A DNA stretch of 64,000 nt from Lama guanicoe. Lineage: Eukaryota. Positions within the stretch are counted from its first letter, which is position 1. Every line of letters starts with the position of its first letter. A program made the position numbers and the translations under genes. Below, one piece after another: positions 1 to 10,291 of the stretch. The DNA is taken from the NCBI GenBank assembly GCA_013239625.1, contig MU056277.1:2272076-2336075 (forward strand), read 5' to 3'. Below the pieces are notes generated by a model. The model was not told the origin of the DNA, did not search any database, and saw only the letters and a program-made list of their open reading frames with translations.

Positions 1-2304
1 TGGCCCCTGCTTGACCTGCCACAAGCAGGGTCCGGTCTTCGGCAGCCTGAGTCCTAGGAGCACCCTCAGCCATCCTGTCTTTTCCCGTGTCATCGTCCTG
101 AGAAGTCTGGGAGGACTCGCTCTCTTGTCTATTTCATTGATGAAAAGTCCTGAGAACAGGTGTCTGGAGGCCGGAGTGCTTGGCAAGTGGGTCACCAGTG
201 TCATTGGGCCGCCCCCAGGCCCACGTGGGGTCAGTGGGTTTGGACTGAGGCTCATGCACCACAGGATTCGGATTTTATCTGTGAGATGTGACGCGTGGGT
301 TCTTGGGAGCTTTTCCATGAGCATTCCAAGGTCAGAACAGAAGCTGCTTTTAAATACCGTTCATCATAAAAGTCACTCCCTGCCCAGCCTGGCCGTGTTA
401 ATTCTGTAGTCTCACCCCTAGCCCAGCCTGACAGTGCATCAGTGCTGAAATGTCTCCTTCCACCTGGGACCCACGGCAGCGCGCAGGGTCGCTCGGGGCC
501 TTCAGGGCTCATCGGTGTCTGAGCCATGGGAAGGGCACCTGGAAGGGTGTGTGGCCCCCATCCTCCCCGAGGGTGATTTATGGTGGTTCTTGATCAGGCC
601 GGGTAGTGTGTGGAGTCTGCGTTTTAACTCAGGTGGAAGGAAGAAGGCTTGTCGTGGTGCGTCTTTCTAAAACCCTGGATTTTCCCGCCTGGTGGTTAGA
701 CCTGCAGTGTGTTGTTCACGTTTCCAAGTTGACGTTTGGTGAGCGTGCTGTGAGGACGCGGGCCATGTTAAAGTGGCTGTCAGCTGGGCGTAGGTCTGCC
801 CTGTGGGCCTCGTGTGGTCCGTACACCAGGAGCTGCACGTTTCATTGTGCTATGTCTGTGACAGCTGGCGGGGAGGCTGCCATCAGTGGTGTGAGAGCCC
901 TGCGGCCACCTGCAGCTTGATGCGGAGCCCGGGGTGACCCACTTCCAGAATTTCTGGCTCCTGCTTTTGCCATTTAACTCCCTGCCTAGAGGGGGTTTCC
1001 TGCTACCACGTGGCCCCATGGGAAGGCAGACGGGGTGAGTTGAACTTCCAGAGCGAGTGTGGTCACCCGTGGGACAGTCCTGGGGCAAGGCCTCCCGTCT
1101 CCTCCCCCAAGTCAGCGGGACGTGGAGGCCGAGTCAGCAGCTGAAAAGAATGGACGTTTCCCCCAGGCTGCGAGTTAGCCGTGAAAGGGCAGCGGGCGCA
1201 TGGCCGCCGGTCCTGGGCAGCTCCCACTCGGGGTGTCTGGCCGGCGTCCCGAGGCTCAGCCCAGCTGTCGTGGGGGAGGGGAACGCAGGCGGAAACTGGG
1301 GACATTACTCGCAGCCTGTCAACTGTCCGCAGAAGTAAGTGCTAAGTGCTACAAAAAAGAGCCTGGTGTGGGGGCTGGTGTCCCGGAAGCGCCCGTGTCT
1401 TAGTGTTCAGAGTGGTGCTCTTCGTGGAAAGTGTGTCTGTCTGTCTGTCTGTCCCGGTAGAAGGTGCTCAGTTACCCTTCGACTTCTGGCTCCGTCAGCC
1501 TGGACTCTGACAGCCACGTGGAGCAGATGCTGAGGGGTGGGGTCGTGTCCCCCGGGCACGCCGGGCCTTCTCCCTGTTGCCCGGCCACGCTCCATCCTCC
1601 ATCGTTTCCTGATTGTTGTCTCCTGCTGTGAGGTCTCACTCCACTTCCTGGGCCTTTTCTGCACTGAGAAGTGAATGCCCCAGGCCCCGAGGCTCAGCTC
1701 TGACCTTTTCTGTTGGCCACCTGATGCCCATCCGTCCGAGGGCCGCCTCTGCTGCTCCCTAGGGGCACTGGGCCAATGACACAGGCTTGTAACGGTGTGT
1801 GTGTGGTACCGGTGCCCCTGCGGCTCCCCTAGAAGTGGCTCCAGCACCATCCTGGCGCACAGGAGCTCAGCGTGTTTGAAATGTTGCTGTCTCAAGTGGC
1901 ATGTGTGTGGCTGGCTGTCCAGCCGCCCAGGATGGAGTTCAGGTTTTCCTTCCTGACTACACGGTGGGAAGGGAAGGTCGCTTGTGCAGAAAAAGACTTC
2001 TTCATGGGCATGGGGCTGCCCCGATGCTTGGACGGAAGGGCATCCCGTCAGGGCTGTGGGGCTGGGGTGGGAGTAGGGTCAGGGGCCGGGCGCCCACCTG
2101 GCTGAACAGCGTGTCTTGCAGTGACACACCCCCGCCCTGCATTTCCAGAGTGGCGGGAGAGCAGGCTGGCCTGAGAGAATTGGGTGTCCTGCTCTGCCGG
2201 GTGGAGCTTCTTGAGAGTCTGCTGGGGTCCCGGTGGGCTGGGGTGGCCCAAGTTCCTGGTGGGGCCTTCCCGCAGGCAGCGCGACTCATCCCACCGTCCT
2301 GCAG

Positions 2305-2471
2305 AGACGCGCTGCGAGCGGGACAAGCCTTCACCGGTCACCCCGACGGCGCCGCCGGCACCTCCGCGCCCCTCGGTGTCCAGGTACAATGTGACCGACG
2401 GCAACAGGACCTGCCTGCTGGCCACCATGGGGCTGCAGCTGAACGTCACCTACAGCCGGAAGGATAACACG
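2305..2471 (+). CDS. LAMP1: LAMP1 coding exon (equivalent to exon 5): Pro-rich hinge and start of second luminal domain
   Basis: cctgcag|AG acceptor, ACG|gtaggc donor. Translates (E)TRCERDKPSPVTPTAPPAPPRPSVSRYNVTDGNRTCLLATMGLQLNVTYSRKDNT, a recognisable LAMP1 sequence with N-glycosylation sequons. Upstream exons lie outside the window. Confidence 0.96.
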
Positions 2472-3008
2472 GTAGGCCCTGCCCTGTGTGTCCTGGGACC
2501 CCAGTGCCCCCAGCTGATGGCACGCAGCCATACCCCAGTTTCCACGCAGGCTGCTGCTTCTGAGGCGGCAGGACTGAGCCATCCTGATGGTGGCAGCAAT
2601 GTGTGCTGTTTGTCACCACGGACGGGGGTGACCTGAGAGAAGGCTGAGCCAAGCACTTCACTGCCAGACACTCGAGTCATTTCCATGCTCTTCCTTTGAG
2701 ATTGTTTCTCCCCAATGGTGACAGAGTCTGAGGGGTGGCAGGTCCCTCGCTTGTGACACATGTGGAGAGTAGCGTCAGGGGACAGGGTGAGGGGGCCCTG
2801 CCCACTCCTGCAGGGACGTCTTTCTGAAAGCAGCCAGGAGGAGCAGAATTGTTGTGAAACCAGAAATCTGCCTGCACGCACTTGTAAAGCTCCCTTCTGG
2901 TTCTCGGTAACGGGACCGTGCCCTCAAAAGTTCCTGCTTCAGGCTGCCTGTCTTTGCAGGGGGACCTGCCATGAGGGGACATGTAACCTTTCGGCTTTTT
3001 TCACTCAG

Positions 3009-3134
3009 ACTGTGACCAGAGAGTTCAACGTCAACCCAAACAAGACCACGTTCAGCGGGAGCTGCACCGCCCAGCTGGTGACCCTGCTGCTCCAGAGCGA
3101 GGGCCTGGCCCTCCTGGCCTTCCAGTTTGGGATG
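3009..3134 (+). CDS. LAMP1: LAMP1 coding exon (exon 6)
   Basis: ttttttcactcag|ACT acceptor, ATG|gtgagg donor. 126 nt, TVTREFNVNPNKTTFSGSCTAQLVTLLLQSEGLALLAFQFGM, phase 0/0. Confidence 0.96.
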
Positions 3135-3727
3135 GTGAGGCTCCCGCCCTGCACCCCACCCACCGCCCTGCCTCCCCTGTCCGTGGGTCTCCGGATCCGT
3201 GGCTCCCCCACCCCTTTTCCAAGAGCAGATGCCTCTGCGTTCACTCCACGGACGGCATGCAGGCCTCCTGCACCCACCACACTGTGGAGGGAAGGGCGTC
3301 CGAGACCTCAGACACGGTCCTCGGCCCTGCGCAGGGGTGGCGCCCCCCTCACTTTCTCTTTATGTGTCCCCTGGGGAGGTGTACAGGTAAAGTCAGCAAA
3401 GCACTGTGGGAAAAGCGTAAGTGCCACCGGTGAATTACTGTGACATGCTTTGCGGACCAGCTGCTTAACAGCTGGGTTTCTCTGATAAAGTTGGCTTTTT
3501 CGGAGTCTGGCTCCTGCAGTCCCCATTTTAGCAGAGAATGTGGTTGTGTGGTGAGGTCTGAAGATGCTAATCAGAGCTTGTGTTCCCCAGACAATAGGGC
3601 GCTGTGTGCAGACGGGACGCCCCGCAGCCGGGGCACAGGGGTCACGTGCACCACCAGGTGACTCCCCCCCCCCCGTCTGTGGGCACAGGAGCCGGGGATC
3701 ATTAAGGGTTGTCTCTTTCTCTTGAAG

Positions 3728-3794
3728 AATACGAGCTCCAGCCAGGTTTTCCTGCAAGGGATCCAGCTGAACATGACTCTGCCTGACGCCAGAG
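3728..3794 (+). CDS. LAMP1: LAMP1 coding exon (exon 7)
   Basis: tctttctcttgaag|AAT acceptor, AGA G|gtaagt donor. 67 nt, NTSSSQVFLQGIQLNMTLPDAR(D). Confidence 0.96.
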
Positions 3795-3897
3795 GTAAGT
3801 ACCCCCCCCCACCCTCCCGCCCCCGTTCAGGCGCCCCGAGCACACACTCCACTGCCTTTGCAGACCCCACAGAGCACACACCCCACTGCCTTTGCAG

Positions 3898-4068
3898 ACC
3901 CCACCTTCGGAGCCGCCAACAGCTCACTGAGGGCGCTCCAGGCTGCTGTCGGGAACTCCTACAAGTGTAACGCGGAGCAGCGCGTGCAGGTCACCGAGGC
4001 CTTCTCCCTCAACATGTTCAGAGTGTGGGTCCAGGCCTTCCAGGTGGATGGGGACAAGTTTGGGCCTG
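3898..4068 (+). CDS. LAMP1: LAMP1 coding exon (exon 8)
   Basis: tttgcag|AC acceptor (the second of two duplicated acceptors; only this one keeps frame), CCT G|gtgagt donor. 171 nt, (D)PTFGAANSSLRALQAAVGNSYKCNAEQRVQVTEAFSLNMFRVWVQAFQVDGDKFGP. Confidence 0.94.
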
Positions 4069-4271
4069 GTGAGTAGCGAGGAGGGCACGGGTCAGACCAC
4101 GTGGGGACTGGTGGCGGGCCGGGGGACCCGGTTCCCCTCCCTGCCCTGCAGCACCTCGGCTCCAGGGGCCTGGCCTGTCGGCAGAGCATGGGTGGGGGCC
4201 TCCCCGGGGGGTCGGGTGCCCTGGGGGTCAGGTCTCGGGCCCCGGAGGTGCAGTGGCCATCTGTCCTGCAG

Positions 4272-4411
4272 TGGAGGAGTGCCAGCTGGACGAGAACAGC
4301 ATGCTGATCCCCATCGCCGTGGGCGGCGCCCTTGCAGGGCTGGTCCTCATCGTCCTCATCGCCTACCTGATTGGCCGGAAGAGGAGCCACGCTGGCTACC
4401 AGACCATCTAG
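4272..4411 (+). CDS. LAMP1: LAMP1 terminal coding exon (exon 9): transmembrane helix and GYQTI lysosomal sorting tail
   Basis: gtcctgcag|TG acceptor. (V)EECQLDENSMLIPIAVGGALAGLVLIVLIAYLIGRKRSHAGYQTI*, TAG at 4409-4411, canonical LAMP1 C-terminus with GYxxPhi motif. Confidence 0.98.
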
Positions 4412-5118
4412 CCGCCCGCCCACGCACCAGCGATGGCTGCAGAGGGAGGGAGGGGCCCACTTCCTTGCAAACTGGTTTTCAAACCTGCTTTATCCAATGT
4501 GAGGTTTATCCAGCAGCATTTACTATGCACAAGAGCAGCCACGGAAATGATGGTGTTACCTTTGCTAACTGGGTTAAGTATTTTGCTAACTGGTTAAATG
4601 TTGATATTTACCAAAGTAGACTCTAAGGGGGGCGGGGGGTAGAGTGCTTTTCTACACGGGCACTGGCTCCACTTCGTTCAGCTTCTCAGATTCTGGTGTT
4701 CGGTCTCCTCACTCAGGTTTAGGCCTTATAGCAGGAGGGTGTCCAGTCCTGACACCTGCCCAAGGGCGGCTGTGGCCACGAGGCTGGCGTGCTGAGAAGG
4801 CAGTGGAGGACGAGTCTAGGCCAGCAGCACAGGAGACGAAGACCTGGGGTGGGAGCCAGGGTGGGCCTGGCCCCTCGAGTGTCAGGGTCCGGGTCCTGTC
4901 CCCACGCTCTGCTGCTCAAGAGCTGGTACTTTTTTAAATAGGAGAAAATGGGTGTTATTTTACTTTTTTGTCAAGTGGTTTTCAGGCTTCTGTTGGAGGT
5001 TGGGGTGACCTTGTCGCACTGTGTACAGTAATCGTTCAGTCTGATTTATCGCTTGCAGCTCAGTGGGCTGTGCACTGAGGGTCCGTCCCGTCCTGGGACG
5101 CGAGGCTGCAACAATGCT

Positions 5119-5124
5119 AATAAA
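5119..5124 (+). terminator. LAMP1: LAMP1 polyadenylation signal
   Basis: AATAAA about 710 nt after the stop, followed by U-rich sequence (gtctttttgttc). Confidence 0.8.
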
Positions 5125-6006
5125 GCGTCTTTTTGTTCATCCGTCTGGACCTCTTGCCTCTGTCGGCTCCTGTGAGAGGGCGTGTGGGGGAGTTGGGGTG
5201 GGCCCGATTCTTTGGAGGGAGGGCTGATAGGCAGCTGGTCCTCTGGGCAACTTGAGAACTCGGTGGTGGGGGAGGGGGTCAGGCCTCTGACAGCACGGCG
5301 TTTGGAGCCTAGTGGTGCTGGAGACACCTCGGCCGGCGGCAGCAGAGGCCTTCGGAGCCAGGGCTCGGGCCTGAGTCAGCCAAGACCTGTGTTCTCAGAG
5401 GGTCCCTGGCCTAGGTGGACAGTGGCCCACACGCCGTGCCTAGGGCCTGCCCCAGAAACTTAGGTTGTGTGGTCTGCTACATCCAGTCCTTTTCACACCA
5501 GGCCCTGCTGGGTGGGGCTGGCCAGGGACACGAGGTGGGCAGGGCCCTGGTGGCAGCACAGCCATGGTTTCCCCGTGTCCGTCTCCCCAGGGTGGAGCCC
5601 AGGTGAGAGAAACTGGCAGCTGGCCTGTCACATGGGGCTCAGGCCCTGGGGGTGAGGGGCGGAGTGCGACGTTAGATGTGCATCTGCCCAGGGGGCAGAG
5701 GCTTCCAGGGGCCCAGCAGGTCCCTGTGGGCCTGGGCTCAGCGCCTGGGCAGGCCCCATGGTGCGCTGGTTTGCTTCTGAGAAGGGGAACTTCTGTCACT
5801 TCGGCTGCTTCCAGGAAGAACCCCCGTCCCCACGTGGCCCACGCAAGGCACTGCCTGCCCAGGTGGCAGGTGTCTGCAGAGGCAGAGGGGGTCGGGGTTG
5901 GGGTGGAGGGCTGGGGTCCGGCCCTGAGAGGAGGAGTCCGGGGTGACACAGCCACATCGGCATGGAGGGCCCGCATCAGACTGGCAGCCCCTGAATCACT
6001 GTGCGC

Positions 6007-6012
6007 TTTATT
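6007..6012 (-). terminator. GRTP1: GRTP1 polyadenylation signal
   Basis: TTTATT on + (AATAAA on -), about 350 nt past the GRTP1 stop. Convergent with the LAMP1 3' end. Confidence 0.7.
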
Positions 6013-6357
6013 CTTCACACGGCTCGATGACTCAAAAAATCATTCTGAAAACTTCCTTTCTACAAGAGACCGCGAGCACGAACCCCGCCCCCAAGGTCAG
6101 CGCTGAGGCGCAGAGGACAAGGGCGCCCTTGGGGCGCTGATTCCCGGCGCCTGCCGAGACGTCACTCAATCTGGGTGCCGACGTAACAAACGCACGTCTC
6201 ATGTTTCACGTGTTACCAACATCTCAGGTAAAAATATATTTTTAGAAACATAGCACTTCATCACTCACAGGCAAGACTTAATTACACAGGAACATTTGAA
6301 TCGCTCCTTCAAAACCTGGCGGAGGTTCAGCCACATCCAGCGCGTCCAGCCGTGGTG

Positions 6358-6447
6358 TCAGCCCCGAGCCAGCAGCCGGGCCCTGCAGTGCTCCCGCAGC
6401 CGGGCGATCCTGGCCGCGGACAGGCTCCCGGGCTCTGAGAAGATTTT
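6358..6447 (-). CDS. GRTP1: GRTP1 terminal coding exon (exon 8)
   Basis: tttctgttccag|AAA acceptor. KIFSEPGSLSAARIARLREHCRARLLARG*, 90 nt including TGA. Confidence 0.95.
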   Translation of the reverse strand, partial: KIFSEPGSLSAARIARLREHCRARLLARG

Positions 6448-6959
6448 CTGGAACAGAAACGGAATCAGAAACTCAGAGCACGTCCTACCTGAGTGGCCCC
6501 GGGGCTGGACCAGCCAACTCGGACTGAGGACGCGGCCAGCAGGGCCCGCTGCTGCTGGATGAGTTCGATCTGCGAACAAAGAAAGGTCACCTGCTTCCTC
6601 TAGACCCTGTGAGACAGAAGAACGGAACGTGGGAAAGACCCCCGGACAGCTGTGCTCTTACTCCAGGCCCATGGGGGCCGTGCTCAGCGGTGGGAGGGCA
6701 GCTCAGCAGGGGCACAGGGGGCCCCCGGCCTCGAGCACTTGAATGTCGCTCTGGGCCAAGGGCCTGGGGCAGGGCGGGCTTGGCTCCAGGCTCCTCCAGC
6801 CTCCACGACTGCACAGCAGAAGCACGCTTAACCACGGTTCCTTGTCCCCCTTCCTACTTTTAAAAACTGAATCGAATCCATAAAGTAAATGCCGCAGATT
6901 CTGAAGTCAGGGCTCTGAGCCCTTGGAATCGAAATCGGGTAACATCTTGTCCAATTTCC

Positions 6960-7720
6960 ATTCTTTCAATTGTGCTAAAAACCAGACAGTTTAGCCCCTG
7001 AACCATTCCAAGCGTGAGGTTCGGTGGAGGTAACTACAGCCAGGCTGCCGGGCACCAGAGCTCAAGAACTTCCTGCGCTGACCTCCGGCCCCACCCTCAC
7101 CTCCCTGTCCCTGGGGTCCTGGCCCCTCTAGCAGCCTCGAGTAAGTGGAATCAGACAGCTTTTGTCCTTTTGTGGCAAGTCACTGAGCACGATGTCCTCA
7201 AGGCTCATCCACGTAGCAGCGGGTGTAGAATTTCCTTCCTTTTTAAGGCTGAATGCAGAGACCACATGTTTATCCGTCCACCGCTTCGGGCATGTGGGTT
7301 GTTTCCACGTCCTGGCTGCCTCGAACGCTGCCGTGAACGCGGGCACTGGTATCGCTTTGGAGATCCTGGTTTCACTTCCTCCGATGCACTCCTGAAAAGA
7401 CTGCTGGGTCACATGGTAGTTCTGGTTTCTTGAGGACCGTCCGTACCGCTCTCCACAGCGGCTGCGCTGGTTTACGTCCCCACCAGCAGTGTCCACGCCG
7501 GCCCACGTTTGCTGGCTGTGGTCTTCCTGACGACAGCCGTTCTGACAGGTGCGGGCGGCGTCTCCCTGATGATGAGCGATGCTGAACGTGTCTGCTGACA
7601 GCAGCGTCTCTGGGAAGGACCCCCTCCGCCCGTCTCTAAACGGGGTTACTTGGCTCCTTGGTGACTTGTGGTCTCCGTCCGTCTGGACGGTCACCTGCTG
7701 TGCGGTTTGCAAAGTGCCTC
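6960..7720 (-). mobile_element. Old L1 (LINE-1) 3' fragment
   Basis: Reverse-complement L1 hallmarks (ttccttcctttttaaggctgaat; gggttgtttccac; cagccgttctgacaggtg). The - strand translation has L1-like ...WMSLEDIVLS. Boundaries approximate. Confidence 0.75.
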
Positions 7721-9860
7721 TGCTGCCCTGCGTTTCCTCCTCGCGGCCGGCTTCCCTTGGTCCTGGGTTTGTTTCCGCTTTTGCTGCCTGTGTCGTTCCT
7801 GGGCTGACTCCTGCAGCAGCTCTGAAGCCAGTCGGGCCGTCGTGAGCAGACGAAGGACAGGAAGAAGCCAGACTTGAGAAGCAGGGGCAGGAAGAGACAA
7901 ACCACCTCTCAGTGAAAGAAGCGGGCGCCAGGCGGCCTGCGGACAAGCTCCCTGCGTCGCAACTTAATGATCATTTGTGCAGTTGCTGCTGAGGAATTCA
8001 CGGTTACAGATCAGACTGAGTGCAAGGCCACTAACAAAAAGTTCTGTTTTTCTGAGAAATGTCCCTTTGGAACTCTTCCTGTGGATTCATAATCGCAGCA
8101 CCTAAGGTCAGGGCAGAGTTCCTGCACGAGGCCTGTCTGAACCGCAGGGAGGCAATCAGAGCCTGGAGCCGGGCCAGCACGCGGTCCTCCTCCCACCACG
8201 TGGCTCTCAGCTGCAGGGCGAGGTCGCCATTATATTCTCCAGGAAATTCTGGATGTTCTGTAAGGATTTCAGAGGTTTGACGTATGAACTGTGGTTCTGC
8301 TGAAAAAGATACACGACTCTGGAGACCACGAGAAAACAAGACCCCTGCACTGGGGCCACTTCCCCCCCGTCACCCGAACAGCCACAGCCACGGCCACATC
8401 CATGCCGTGAGGACGCGTTTCATCTCCGGTGGGGAGATCGGCCAAACCCGTCCAGCTCCTTCAGGGTCTGGGTGCCTCCCTCAAGCCCCAGAGCACCTTG
8501 GAGCCCCAGCACTGGCCCCGCCGCCCACCTGGGACCTGCCCCAGACAGACAGTGTGCAGGGCGCCCGGCTGCACACGATGGAACTTGAGAGCAGGGCGCC
8601 AAGTCAGGCCAGACACTGAAGTCATGGATCACATGAGGCGTCCGGAAGCGGCACAGCCGCAGAGACAGCGGAGATGTTCGCGGGGCTGTGGAAGGGCAGG
8701 GCCCCTCGGGGCGGTGGCAGCAGTCTCGTGGAAGGGCCCGACTGAGGGACCCCGGAACATCCACCATAGAAGGGAGAACTTGGCGCCTTCCATCATTTTC
8801 CAGGACTGACATCACAAAAGCCTCAACAACCCTGGTTTATCGTCTCCGACGGTAAACAAGGAACCAAGTCTGCGGAGGCCTGTGATCCCGCCTGCGGTGC
8901 ACGGTGACGGCAGGACCCCTAGGCCCCGGCCAGCCTGAATGTCTCCACCACGTCCTGTCACCCAGGGACCAGCACCACTCCCGCCCCACACATCTCACCC
9001 GGTGCCTCCGCCTCCTCTCTGTCCAGGCCACGGGTCGGTGAACATCGGTGCTCCTGCCCACCGGAGGACGCACGTGACCTGGTGGCCTCAAGCCCCTGCG
9101 GCTCCCACCCTCCCAGACTCTCCCCAGCACCTTGGGTCTCCCCAGGCCAGTCCGAGCCACCAGCAGGCACTGGCTCAGCAAGGTGGCTGCCACCCCAGGG
9201 ACAGGGGGATTCCAGGCCCCCTCAAAACAAGGCGTGTCGGGGTGACTCTTTCCCACAGAGGGTGAGACTCACAACGGACCGTCTGGGTCAGTACCTCCTG
9301 CCAGGGTCCCCCAGCTCCGGGCCTGCCCCCTCCTCCCGCTGGTCCACCTAAGACCCGACTTCCTGCCCAGCCTCCCCTGTATCTGCAGGGCTGTCAGCTG
9401 CAGCACCCCCTCATTCACTCGGGTGATCTGAGCTGCCTGCACAGCCCGGACCAGGGCTGCAGCCCAGCCAGGGGGCCCTGGTCTCGGGGAGCTGCCCTGC
9501 CAGGTGGACGGACAAGTGTGACCCCGCTGGGGCCAGGAGATGAGTCAACAGCTGTAGGGCCAAGGAGAGGGGAGGTGCCTTTGTGTACAGGGCTGCAGGC
9601 AAGCCCGCGGCCCAGGGAGGGCCCAGGACTGGGGGAGGCCAGCCCAGGCCCAGGGGAGCCATGGCCTGGAGCAGACGGGTTTGCATCCTGCTGCTTCCAC
9701 CCGAGCCGGGACTGAAGGGGTCCCCGGGCTGACGGGGCAGCAGGAGGGGAGCCGTGGCTGGTCTGCGGGGTGACCACCGAGGTCTGCCCGCTGGCTGTGG
9801 ACCCAGGGGAGGGGGGCTTGGAAGGTTGAGGGCCGGGCGCCCGGCAGACACAGCGCTCAC

Positions 9861-10046
9861 CTGCATGAAGGTGTGGCATTCGGTCACGAAGCTCCCTTTC
9901 GTGATCTCCCTGAACTTCTCACAAATGTCCGTGAAGCTGCTGGCTTCCAGAATGAAGGACTGGTGTCGCTTGATGAGGGTCAGGGCCACCCGGAAGATGA
10001 CCTTGGAGCCTTCACTGAACAGACAGTCCCAGATGCGAAGCACTGT
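9861..10046 (-). CDS. GRTP1: GRTP1 exon 7
   Basis: ccctccacag|ACA acceptor, CAG|gtgagc donor. 186 nt, TVLRIWDCLFSEGSKVIFRVALTLIK...ECHTFMQ (TBC C-terminal LRIWD motif). Confidence 0.96.
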
Positions 10047-10118
10047 CTGTGGAGGGGAAGACGCGGTCAGCTGGCGGCGGCGGCCGGGCCGGCCCTGGCC
10101 TGAGGGAGGTGCCCTCAC

Positions 10119-10291
10119 CTCCACGGGCAGGACGTCCACGAACAGGCAGAGGAACCAGCGCGACACGACCAGGGTCCAAGGCACGCCGTGCCGGTCCATC
10201 AGGGCCGCCACCGCCGGCAGCCTGGTCCTCACCAGCTCCCCAAGGACCTCCTGGTCCGTCTTCAGGCCGAGCATCGAGGGGCTGTAGTAGT
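10119..10291 (-). CDS. GRTP1: GRTP1 exon 6
   Basis: gagcag|AC acceptor, GAG|gtgagg donor. 173 nt, (D)YYSPSMLGLKTDQEVLGELV...SRWFLCLFVDVLPVE. Confidence 0.96.

Noticed and set aside
3641-3650. GTCACGTG CLEAR/TFEB-like site in a LAMP1 intron
   Set aside because: Only a partial match, and CACGTG is very frequent throughout this CpG-rich window.
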